From Ptychomitrium polyphyllum (Eukaryota): a DNA stretch of 64,000 nucleotides. The DNA lies in contig OZ316775.1 in NCBI GenBank assembly GCA_973851085.1, positions 9,362,001-9,426,000 of the forward strand. Reading direction: 5' to 3'. A model generated the notes under the pieces. The model searched no databases. It worked only from the letters and a program-made list of their open reading frames with translations, and was not told the origin of the DNA. Positions 41,251-53,473 of this stretch are shown here, one piece after another (position 1 is the stretch's first letter; every line of letters begins with the position of its first letter). The position numbers were made by a program, and so were the translations under genes.

Positions 41251-42335
41251 TTATGTGTTGGTAGCCCTGGTGTAAATCTGCTGGTTGGCATGAGCGGCAA
41301 CGAGACGAATGGTGCCCTTCGCCATCAATTCCTTGATGGCCTTCCTCGCCAAAGATCCAGTGATCTGCATATCCACCACTCACTCATCAAAAACTAAAAT
41401 AAAATCTTGTAAAGCAACCGTATGAACAATCACAGCCCGAAGGTGCAGCTCCTGCATCGTCGCAGCCGCCTACGAGTCTTAAAGATAAGGATCGAAACCA
41501 GCTACTTGATCGTGAAACCTAACCGACATAGAAATCCTCATGATTCCGAGCATCAATTCATGCTGAAGATAGAAAGAATGCGATCACTTCAACGATTGAG
41601 ATCATATGCGACCATACATTCATTTCAACGTTAATCGAACATTTCTGAGGACAAGCCTAACGCCCACGCGGCGAGTTCGACCGAACAAAATAATCAGGGC
41701 ACAACAACACTCCCTCCAACCCGCAAGAAACATGAAAATCAAGTTCAAGTGTCCAATCGAAAACTTACACGCAGACGGTCAGACAACACGGACGGAGTCA
41801 CGAGCTTGAACTTGGGAACCTCCGACAGCAACTTGTCATATGTACCCTGATCGAACAAGACCATGTTGTTCACCTTCTCCTTCTGCTTTCCCTTGCTCCA
41901 CTTCTGCAAACACAAAACCCTAAACACCATTCAAAAACCAAGAACCATTTCTCGTACAAACCCATCAAACTCATAAACCCTAAAATCCACAAACTCAACA
42001 ACATAATGAAAACACAGAGAGCGGGTCACATTACCTTCTTCTTCTGCTTGCCACCGCCGCCGCTCTTGGCGGGTTTGGCCGCAGCCGGCGCCTCTTTCTT
42101 CTTGGGAGCCTGTCGGGACATGCACTCAGTAAGTCAGTGGAATACTCCGCACAATCCAAGCAATGAAGGCTCACCCGGCTGCTACTATGTAGAAGCCATG
42201 ATTAGGGTTTGACAGAACAGGTTCACGACGAAACCTAGACTTCAAAGAAAGTTGCAGAGTTCAAAAGAAAGACGAGCATGCAGACTGAAAAGGATGGAAT
42301 CAAATGGAACTAAGCACGAGGGGAGCGCTTACCAT
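41251..42335 (-). CDS. RPS25: 40S ribosomal protein S25 (eS25), 108 aa
   Basis: Exons 42335-42333 (ATG only), 42109-42035, 41903-41769 and 41364-41251 give [108 protein letters not shown]. Confidence 0.98.
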
Positions 42336-42450
42336 GGTGCGAGAAGGAGATGGAGATGGCGAGGAACAAAATTGGCCGAAGGCGCGCGGGTGAAAGGGCA
42401 ACGACCGTCGCTTTCTGCCCTAATGAAGGTCCCTTCTCCCCAAACCCTAA
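41915..42450. promoter_or_regulatory. Four telo-box motifs (AAACCCTAA) in the RPS25 promoter and introns 1-2
   Basis: AAACCCTAA at 41915, 41975 and 42442; reverse complement TTAGGGTTT at 42202. Telo-boxes are known elements of plant ribosomal-protein genes. Confidence 0.75.
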
Positions 42451-42699
42451 TGTGTCACGGATGTATGGATGAATGTCTCCGGCGGATGAAGCATCCTGAC
42501 AAATGCATGCCACCGGCTTTAGGTGGCCGTATGCTTTTCGGGGACGGCCTGGAGAGAAAGGACGCGTAAACCGTCATCTTGCACCGTTGGAGGCTTCAGT
42601 GTCCGCCCCTTTTAGATGTACGGTTGTCGTAGATGTACGCTCAGGATATATGTACGTTTCCCATAGATGATGCCGGTGATGGGTTGAGCGACAGTTGTG

Positions 42700-45600
42700 T
42701 ATAGAGCGATAAATTTGGAAGGAACGATAGTTTTGGGGTACGCAATTGTTATGTTTAAATCACATCTTGAGTTAATGGTGGAAATATAACATTCTGCAGC
42801 AGGGGGGAACATTGTCATTTGGAAAGAGGTTAAATATAACATTGTCATTGTTAGTGTTAACTGTGATATTAGATGAAGTAAGGAATGAGTAGGGTTTTGT
42901 TCTCTTGATTTCAATGCCAAGTTTCTTTGCTAAAGAATGTAATGGGAAAAGGTACATGTTGTTCTGTTTGTTTGAAAGCATTGAAAAAGATGCAAAATTA
43001 ATAAGTATCTAAGGATTGTTTTTAAAAATAAATCAAGTGCCGAATTCTATTATATGAATATGATGTTGTAAGGTAATATTCAAATTCATTTCAAATTATG
43101 ATAAATCAATACAAAGATGTTGCATGGCCATCAAAAAGTATTTAATTATAACTTTTTTAAATAAAGTAGATTCTTGAAATCATGGAAAGATGATATATTG
43201 TGAATATAAATATGAATAATTTGTATTGTCTATGAATATCTAGAGTTGTATCTTAATGTAACTTTGAACGTAGTGATTTTTATTAAGCTACTAGATTATG
43301 AATATGAAATACATCATTTTGTTGCAATCACAACATTCAAAATCTTATCTATAAACGTACTAATGTTTTTAAAAAAAAATTGAATTTAAAACTTAATTGC
43401 AAGTTTGATATTGGAATCTTTTTAAACAACAATGATTTACACTTAATATTGTGTCATTAGTAGGAATTTCTATCATCTCATATGGAAACTTCTTTTTGTC
43501 AATAAAATAACAAACTTATTATGGTACTATAATATGGTTATATCTTTTGTGCTACTACGTTTTATTCTTTGTTTTTTAATGTTTTTATATTAGCTTGGTT
43601 ACAAATTATAAAGCATGATTATTGAACTTAAACAAATGTGAAATTTAAAAAAGTAACAAGTTTATGAATTTATATTGGATTGATTTTGTAATTGAAAAAC
43701 AAAAATTTTAAAAACCATTTTTTATATCAAAAAATCCCTTTATAAAATTTCCATTGTTTTAAGTATTTTAAATTTGTTGTAAGCAATCTAAGACATTTTT
43801 AGTAGTAAATATATTCAAATTTGATTTATAATTAAATTAAATAGAAAAATTTAAAAATATTTATAGGGCTTACATTAAATCCAATTAAAATAATTTATTT
43901 AATATACTAAGATCTACAATCTTGTTTTATATTCTTATTTTGTTCAAGAAATTATCAATTATTTTACAATGTGACTACTTTCTCGATTCTAAAATTATAT
44001 ATATAGTATTTTTAATTTTTAATATTTTTAATTATCTTAAATCAACTTATTTTCTTTTTAATAATTATATTATAATTTCAATATTATATAATTTTTAAAT
44101 TTTTTTAATAATGATATGAATACATATATTATGCTTATTTTAGATCATCAATTCTTTTTTAAAATTTCAATGTTAAAAAATAAAATGAGCACTTTGTTTG
44201 AACTTGTATATGTGCTAATTGGCAAACCTAGATGATTAAAGTTTCTAACAACCACTTTTCTTGCATTTGGTATTTAATTTCCATGAAAAATTGTTCAACT
44301 TGATTTCAAATCTACTTACTTTGATAAATATCATACATCTATTCAAAGTTTTGTGAAGATTTTAAAAGAATTTTTTTCCAAAGGGGATTTGTTTTAAATA
44401 CCTTTTATTTTGTAAAGTTTAAGCCATATTTTGACAATGGAAGGCAATTTTAAGGCACATCAATTCCTTTCAATAATATATTTTTGCACCTATATATTCT
44501 TAAGAAGATTTTAAATATTTTTTATAGTTGAAAGTTATTTTAATAGAATAGATTCAATTATAGAATTTCAAATCCAAAGTTCTGCCAATTAACTTTAAAA
44601 ATATTTTTTTGAAATTAAAACAATTAATCTTCATATCTATAAGTCTTATAATTTCAAGTTTACTCTACATTGTCTATATTAAATTTTGTATTTATAATTA
44701 TGTACAAGATTAATATCAATTTAAGAAAAAAACCAAACCTATTTTTATTTTAGATGATTTTTTCTTCAAGGTATATGGTAGTAATTAAAAATTATTACAA
44801 TTTATATGTGTAATTTATATTTTTAATTAAATGAAAATCTAAAATCAATTTTGATTTTAAATCCATAATTTTTGGTAAGTAACTTATCAACAATTATACC
44901 TTTTTGAAATGTGCATTATTAAATAAACCATGTGCTAAGTCTAAAAGGAAAATAGATGATAAAACATTTTAAACAAAAAATATTCTTTTCATATTCTTGC
45001 ACTAGATTAATCAAATAGAAATGGCAATTTAAAGAAATGTTTTCTAAAACATGAAAGTAAAGATTGTAGATGAATTTTTATTAATCACATCATATTTAAT
45101 TGAAATTTTATTATATACTACTTTAAATTGCAGATTATTTACCATTACTTATAAATTGCAAAATGAATCATAAAAACTTTATTTGAAATTTCTTTGGAAA
45201 ACATTTATTTCCTTAATTAAAATGAATTCTTTCGAAAGCATCTTTAACTTAATCCTACTTTTTGAGAATAATAGAAGTTCATTTTAAAATGAGCGTTACA
45301 CCAATATGTAAGCAAAATTAAGTTTAGAGTACTTTTGAATGATTTTAATGTCAATGGTATAAATTAAATTATATAATATATTCAACAAATTAATCCAATT
45401 CTCACAAATTAATGACATGTTTCCTTCCTAAAACTTACATCTACAAATGCAATTATATTTTAATGTATTATTCAAAAACTTCCTTAACATACAATAATTA
45501 TGAGTGCGACAGCTGTGTTTGAATGAATATTTTTAAAAAAACCACTAAAAAGTGGTTAGGAATTAAAAATTATTAGAATCAAAGATATCTTTATATTCAA

Positions 45601-46535
45601 AAATAACAAATTTTAGCTAAGATTTATTATTGTCTTATATAAGGACAATTTAAAAGAATTTAAAACTTTTTATTGGTTCTAATTTATAATAATTCAGAAT
45701 TTTATTTAAATATGTCTTGTTTTTTATATTTTATAGTTGAGAACATGCATCTAAAAATAGAACTTCTTAATATAATTTGAAAAGAAAAAAAATATTTTCT
45801 TTAAAAAAAAAAAATAATTAGATCCAAATCAGAAATTAATTTTTAATTTTTTTTTAAAAATAAAATAAAATATATATAACTATTTAATGAATTTTTTTAT
45901 AGTTTTATTGGTTCATTGTTTTGTATTGTATGCATTGTTACAGTATTGAAAGAAAATAATTTTACAGTACATTTTATTGCAAAAAAATAAATTTATTCAT
46001 GTTTCAATTTAATTTCTTGAGATTAGAATTGCAAATTCCAATTTCTTATTTGGAACATTTTTTTAATACTATATTTTATCAATTGCACCAAAACGTAAAG
46101 TATGAATAAAGATTTGATAAACAATAATTCTAAGATGAATGCAAAGATGGCAAGAAAAAGAACAGGTAAAAAAAGGTCCTTTTATGTATTGAAAAGGAAT
46201 TATTTATGTATGGCATAAATAAATTTTTACAAATCGTATTGAGCACAAACAATTAGACATCACTAATTATAATGATAGAAAAAAACAAGTATTATTATGA
46301 AATTATAAATGGTGCTAGATATATAGCAATAAGTATTATTCCATGTACATAAAAAATAACAAATGAACATGCAAAAGCTAGTTTTTTAGTTTCAATAGTT
46401 ATACAATTTAAATGTATCAACACAAATGTAATACTAAAGAATTTTAACAAATATATGGACATGTTTGAAGAAGTATTTAGAGATTTTTGGAAGGAAAGAA
46501 ATATGTTAATTTTAATTTTAATTTAATATTAAAAT

Positions 46536-46587
<52 letters not shown>

Positions 46588-47030
46588 AATCTATTGTAAC
46601 ACATTTATTGTATTGTTTAACATGAAAGACAACTCTATAAAATGTGTAAACATATATATATGTGGCTATTTTAAAGAAAACTTACTTTTTTGATGCAACT
46701 ACTCCAAATATGAGTGACAATTTAAGATAAAAAGATGTGTTTAATGTATTTTGATAGGTATGTTATTTGTATTCAAATTAAATAAATTGCAAGCTATAGT
46801 TGCTAAAACTTTATTTACAATGTTAATTTAAATACAACATCTATAAATTTGGATAATGATACCAAAAAAACTATAAATTAAATATTTGCAATTATTTTTA
46901 AGTCAAAAATTATAAAATTGATATAAAATGTATAGAGAAAAACCCTTGCTATTTGAAAAGGCTTTGGTTCGCAACATTAATTAATGACTCTTAAATTCTT
47001 TGCTTTTATTATAAATTCTAGAGGATGACA
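42700..47030. other. Extremely AT-rich, ORF-less block, probably decayed repeat sequence
   Basis: About 4.3 kb with very low GC and no ORF of 60 aa or more after 42981. No identifiable motifs. Confidence 0.4.
46541..46584. repeat. (AT)22 microsatellite
   Basis: Read directly from the sequence. Confidence 0.95.
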
Positions 47031-47349
47031 TGGTAAACAAATGTATTGCTGGAGTGGATACATGAGTGTGTTACCGTATTTTGTTAATAGCTCTACTCCA
47101 ACAACTGTTTCTCATAATGAGAGGTGCCACGTATTATGTAGCCATTAGCTGGAACCTCTAAAGAAATTAATGTGGCGCTACAAAAAATTGATATTGTAGG
47201 GACTATGTGCCTATGGTGCTAGTAAACTACGTTATGGAACTTCTGTACTGATCTTCATGCGTGTTGTAAAGCCAGCTGTGACCATTTTACTGCCCCAATG
47301 GATGAGATCAATACTTTTCATACATGCTCCAAGCTTTTTCTTTGATAAA

Positions 47350-50199
47350 TCAGGCATACAGTTCCAAGCCCTGAACATACAGTGAGAAGTCACACTTGTG
47401 CTTCCACAGTAGGAGCACACAGACCTTCCAAGTTATGTCCATGTTCAAAGCAAGAAAGGAACACCGAATCATAAAGGTCAAGCTTTGAGTGGGATGCTTC
47501 GCAAGTAGCCAATACCGAACTTTCTAGAATTAAGTTACTTAGTCTTGCATCAAAGGTGCATCATTCACATACTGGGACAAAAAGACCTTAATCCTGAAGT
47601 CAAGCTTAAATCATGTTACCCCTGACATGAACTTGCGAAGAACGTCGTACTTGCGCTCGTCATCACTGTTGGGCAATTCTTTGGCAGCCTGCTGCTGGTC
47701 GAACTGCATAAGAAGGCCAGAAAAATTGTCATGACTGGTTCATTTCCAATCTTAAAGGACCATGTTGTCAACATAGCAAAACAGTTCAGTTGCTACAACT
47801 ACATCTGAAAAACTCTTCATACAGTCTGAATAACAATGTCCAGTGGTTAGAGACGGCTCAGGTCTTTTCAACCGGAATATGGATAAATTCTGTTAAATCG
47901 TACCATAACGTGTTCAACGTGTCGGCGTGTGTCTGGGTGGAGGTCAGACAACGAGGCATGGGGTAATTGCACCTTTGTGACGTCGATCTCCGGCTCTCCT
48001 TCGAGTATTACATGCCACCAATCCATGGGGTAGTGTTTCTGAAGGTGAATTGCCAAAAGCTTGTTGTCTTCTGTAGCATATTGAAGTTCCAATGAATACT
48101 ATCTAACATAGAAATTTGCAAGACAAAAACTTTCTAGTTTAATCTGAGAATTCGAGATGTGAAAAATCTGACGCTTCAATAATATGAATTCCAAAACGAT
48201 TGCGAAATCTGGGTGCTCCGAAATCGTTTCGGATCGACGAGCACCTGACGCTAGAAAGCCAGGTAAATTCAGTACAGCAACTTCCTTGAGGAGCTTACCC
48301 AAATTCCAGAAGCACTCGGATGGTTTCACAGGTTTGTTCAGGTCTCCCTGCACACAAAAGATCAAATCCTACTTAATCCTACTTTGAAATGAGAGATTGT
48401 GCTTCTGCAATATTTGTGAGATCCAACTCCAAAACTAAGTCTCCATCTATACTGAGGTTACTTAATGAAGATACTCGGGCTCTCGTCGCCGACTGCTGCA
48501 AATCAGATGAAGTGAATCAATTCCAGGTGTAATATCGCCGTTGCAGCATGTTTTTAAGTAGTCTCGAACGATGTGTGGTGTGTAGTGTCGGTCATCTCTA
48601 CAACTTCTCTGCCAAAAGCCCACCTTTGTTTTTCGTTTCCATTTGTTGTCCAAAAATTCATCATTGTCTGGCATTATGTGAAAACGTATCGCGTAATTCC
48701 TACTCCAGATGCTTCAGTGTAGAATGTCAAAGTACTGGTCTTGGGAAAAGCATCAAACAGTGAGGAATCTCTACTGAAACTTCCAGATACAAGGAGCCAA
48801 CAGCGATTTACACAAATGGGAGTTGGTGACATGCTTTGCATATTATGCAGACGGCATAGTTGCACTTCAGTATTTCTGTCTCAAAGCATACATGACTCCA
48901 TTAGACCGAAAGCCATGGAACAACATTTAGAAATAATGAAAAATACCTCCAGAAGGGGCGCTTGACCATTCAAACCAACTTTCAGATACCTCGGCTGAAT
49001 ATCGCAAACAATGGACTTCGCATTTGTTCCGATGGGCACTGGAATAAATAACGTGGTATCATAGAGGGTTTGTATCCACGAGTAGTTTTCAAGGTCTGCT
49101 CCGTTGCCGCTGTTCGGGTCTGAACGTCACAGACAAGTTGATGGTCAGCACTTGTCGATGAGTGAGATTCCCAGTGCCCATCGGTGAAAAATGTTCTGTG
49201 ACAGTTGAAAACACCTGTAGATACAATTTTCTTACCAAATTTATGATAAATCATCCAACATATTTCACTCTCTCAGACCTAAGCAAATGTAACATGTGAC
49301 ACTGCATTGAGTGCATAGTGCCATCGATCTACCTCTTTCAGAATCCTATTAACCGTCGAAAATAGTTTGGGGTATAGATACAACGACGCAGCCATTTAAA
49401 TACGCCAGGCTGCTTGTGACTTACCCAAATCCTTTGGCTTTGTGCACTTGCTTTCCGCTTTCTCATCTTCTGCGTATATCTCAACTGTTGCTTCAGGTTC
49501 AAAAGCCAAATTGGATGTCAAAGGAACGTCCTCTGCAGATGTGATAATTGCCGTATCAGCCTCGAAATAGTTCTCATCATCATCGTTGGGAAGCACAGTA
49601 TTCTTTCGTTCACTGGAGGCTTCGGAGTCCTCTTCACAGATATCAGCATTAGGGTACTCTGCAGGGGTGATGATCACAGTTTCTTTATCTTCGAAAGAGC
49701 TCAGTCGTTTGTTGGAGCTTTCAGATTCGGGGCTCGAGCCTTGAGTGCTCTCTGAGATACTTATGTGCGAGCACGGCTCCTTTTCCTCCGCCTCCAGGTT
49801 GTCAATAGTTTCATCAAGCTTAGCAATTTTATCTGGACCGCCAAAGACATCCTCAATGTCATCGGTGTCAACTCGCCTCCGTTTTGCAGCAGAAAGCATC
49901 TCCGATACCCGAACATCCACCCCTTCCTGAGCAGCGATCCCTGTCTCTCGAAAGAGGAACTCTATTACTGTAGAAAGCAAATCAAGAGGTTGTTGCTGGT
50001 GCTCTCGGAGAAGAAACCCTAGAACCTCATCATATGGCCGTTCACTACTAGTAGCATCAGAGGGTCTCGACGAAGAGTATGGGTCTGGGGGATAATCTTC
50101 GTCCTCGTCGACATAAGCATCGTCTCTATCTTGCAAATTCGCTCTCACGATGGTTTCTACATCTTCAGAGTCTTCCTCATACTCCGAAATTACTGCCAT
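47350..50199 (-). CDS. BOB1: NudC-family CS-domain chaperone, BOBBER1-like (divergent); last exon uncertain
   Basis: Exons 50199-49425, 49119-48947, 48347-48299, 48070-47904 and 47703-47620. These are followed either by exon 47496-47350 (starts HP) or by read-through to a TGA at 47611. Motifs: MAVISEYEE, PNSGNGADLENYSWIQTL, LKVGLNGQAPLLEGDL, ECFWNLED, MDWW...GEPEIDVTKV, LSDLHPDTR...MFDQQQ...LPNSDD...KFM. Confidence 0.9.
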
Positions 50200-52052
50200 G
50201 ATCAGAGAGTTGCAGAACCTGTCCGATGCCAACTTCACTCACTCGATAAACAACTTGGTGAAACCACATCGTCAACGACATGAAATTTCTGGCTCTTATT
50301 ATCAATTGGGCAATCAGCATTCAGAAGCACGAAATCCAATTCCACTACACAATAGAAAACTCACTGTATAAAATCGAAATAGTATACATAGGATAAGAGT
50401 CATAAATTGAAACTAAGTCGGGCGTACGAAAAATGGAGAACAAACAGTCGTGATTGTAACTGCAATCGACAGGAACGAAACTCAAAAACTATGTTATCTG
50501 TACATCATACGTGTGTAACAGCTTCGGATAAAAGCCTGTTCTATACCATGCACATCACAAAATGCTGAAACGTAATTAATTGACGCCAAATAACTCCTGA
50601 TGCAAAAACTCACATACCTGCAAAATCACAAAGGTTGAACCAGCAGTGCAGTTGAGGAACTGCACCCACTCACGATTTCTGGTTCCTCCTATGAGTGTAC
50701 ACGAGCATTTATTCTGTAGAAATCGTGCATGCCAATCAACTACAGACAATCTTTTGCGCTGTCAAGAATCCACGATCCCTAGAATTGGTACCAAACTAAC
50801 GAATCAACTTCAATTTAAGCAACATAATTCTGGAGGTGCTTCGATACCTGTCCGATGTGCGAGAATGTCAGGTTCCTGAGGATTGGGAGGTTGCCAAGTT
50901 GGGGCATGGCTGTTGAGATCAGTAGACTTAAGACTATATTTTACAGTTGTAGAAGAATTTGTTGCCCTTGACCGTTCAGATCAGATGCGCCCTTTCAATA
51001 GGTATTTGTTCAAGTATGAGCTACACATATGTCCCAGGCCGTCCACGTTGCAGATTCTTCAAAAATTCCCTACCGTACACTTCAGCTCTTCACATATGTG
51101 TACCTACTCCACGGTATGGGGACGGACTTCTGGGGCACCTCATTGCTGTTAACAATTGATCACCTGATCACATACGATAACCTCTGTATGACGTTTACTG
51201 TCGAAGGATATCCGTATGTTGAAGCAGCTCGACATGCATGTTATAGTACTATCAAACATACCAAGCGACTTGAATTACTGGTACATTTGAAAAACGACTC
51301 TGGATTGAAGTTGCAGAGTTCGGCAATCAAACACGTACTTGAAAGGCCTGAGCGATCAAAGCTGTTCAAGATAGGTCATCAGATATTCTGCACATCTATA
51401 CGAAGTTAGCTACCATATTAAGTGCTACATTTATTCGTTTCAATGCACGCTCTGCAAATGCTCATATTCAAACTGATAAGGTACCCATTACATAAGCGAC
51501 ACAATCGGGAGTACGAATAAGAGAACACAGCATGATTACAAGGTTTGACCACAGATAATCTATTACAAAGCAACTTTAATGAAATGCACTGACGTGATAG
51601 CTCTTATACACATGAAGTTGAATCATAAAAAAAATTAGAGAACTTACTCCAATGCACTACATAAAGATAACTGCATAGGAACAAGTTTCTTGTTCAAAGT
51701 CTGTACGTCTGTACATATTTAGGGACCAAAGCTCATATACCTCTCAACCGTTACTAGTACACCTGTGACATTGGGATATATTATACCTCATCCCACCAGA
51801 TCTTCACGAAATTCGGCCCTGAGTCTCAACAAAAGCAAATGCTTAGATCGAATCTATAACCTACAAAGGAGCTATTTTAAAAGACTCATCGAGATGTCAG
51901 GTACACGTCAACTCCAAAATCCCTTAGAAAAGACATGCTGAGGTTACTAGCCGCATCCATCTGGTCTCATGCTAAAGCCTACAAATCAGGATCACATTTA
52001 GAGAATGATATCATCTAGTTGCTACGATGAGCTGATTCAGATGTAGATTAAG

Positions 52053-52857
52053 CTAAAATGTTGATTGAGATCGTGCCAAGTCAACATTCTTTGAAGGAAG
52101 AACTGCTGTAAAAGCAACATCCTTCAAGTCCCTGCTGAACTCTACTTCTCTCTTGCGCTTCGGTGATGGGGGTGGAGAAAGTTCAGGGGATGTAGGTTCA
52201 TTAGCAGACTTCACTGCCTTAATTCTGACTGGAGATGGAATTTTCTCCAATAAATACTTTTCCTGCAATAAATAGGCACGGAAAAATTGCGATTACGACT
52301 TGTAACAACCAACTTCGCGCTCATATGAATGCACCTGGTCACTCCTAACCCGTTTTAAGCAGGAAAAATGTGACTGCAAGATGACCAGGTTATTCCTGCC
52401 CATGTTCTACGAACCGAAGACAAGAGTCAAAGTAAAAACACAACAGATAATTATCGATCTCCTGTAACGTATTAAAAAAACTGCAAACTCCAAACTCCCT
52501 ATTACAAATAGTTTGCACAGACCTCCAGTTGAATCTGAAGTGCTCCCGGGGAGCTCATCTTCGGTTGAGAAGATTCATCTTCAATTCTTCCAAGGCTCTT
52601 TGGAGTTCCCTGTTTAATTGGAAGTTAAAGCATTACACAACAAGACAACAAAGATTGAAAAAACCTCGATATACATTGCAGCTCATACAAGCTTGTACTT
52701 TGCTTTTCATATCCTCATAAAGCTCACACCGACATGCACTTGGTTCCACATGTTAGTTAGATTTGTGAGATAGACAAAGGACACTTACAGAGCAATCGCA
52801 ATGCATAGCAGCAGGACCGCTTCTGTGAGCGCTTTCGGGCTCCATGGTAGTCGCCAT
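52053..52857 (-). CDS. Unrecognised small Ser/Pro-rich protein, 121 aa
   Basis: Exons 52857-52789, 52609-52523 and 52262-52053 have canonical GT-AG sites, both introns phase 0: MATTMEPESAHRSGPAAMHCDCS-GTPKSLGRIEDESSQPKMSSPGALQIQLE-EKYLLEKIPSPVRIKAVKSANEPTSPELSPPPSPKRKREVEFSRDLKDVAFTAVLPSKNVDLARSQSTF*. Probable 5'UTR exons extend to about 54600. Confidence 0.6.
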
Positions 52858-52870
52858 GTAGTTTTAGGTC

Positions 52871-53473
52871 TTAGTCTGAGATTATCCTGTGCTGATTTAA
52901 AGGGAAAAGATTATTGTCAGGAATTTATAAGCGACAAGTGTATCTTGAAATGTATGAAATAAAGAAGCAGCAAGACTAACGAAGAAGAAATAATTCTATT
53001 ACCCAACTCCTTAAGATCTTAATCAAGTTCGGAATAATTCATACCACGATAAACAGAGATAACATAAATAGAGTCGCTGGTAGAGCGGGAAAATCAGCGA
53101 CAAACATACAGGATCTGAAAGAACGTGTAACACCTAAATAAAATGAATAATATCACAACAGATTCTCGCTGCAATAATGCTATTAAATGCATGGTTCTTG
53201 CAAAAGACGACATTAGAATTATAAATGGATACCATCGCCAAACAGAATTACGAGTTTATGAAAATGGACGGCTGTAAGCACATCCATAACTAAAAGACCT
53301 ATCCATTAATACAAGAGAACTACATTCAACGATGTATTAGACTTCTAGCGGCCTTGACTATCCAAAAAACAAAATCCTCCGACATACACATAATCCTCTT
53401 ACCTGAAATGCCTGGAATTACTTCGTGCACTTTTAGGGAAGTCTGCTCTATGCCGAACCCGCCTGGTTGCCAT
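52871..53473 (-). promoter_or_regulatory. Putative spliced upstream ORF (28 aa) in the leader of the 121-aa gene
   Basis: Exon 53489-53403 (pyrimidine-rich acceptor, AG|GTAAG donor) contains an ATG at 53473. Joined to the acceptor at 52886 it reads MATRRVRHRADFPKSARSNSRHFRIISD*, stopping 13 nt before the main ATG. Confidence 0.45.

Noticed and set aside
42333..42335. ATG-only first coding exon of RPS25 as a novelty
   Set aside because: A common arrangement in ribosomal-protein genes.
50605..50640. TTTTGCAG|GTATGT on the minus strand as a recursive splice site
   Set aside because: Equally explained by an ordinary 5'UTR exon ending in CAG; no supporting evidence.
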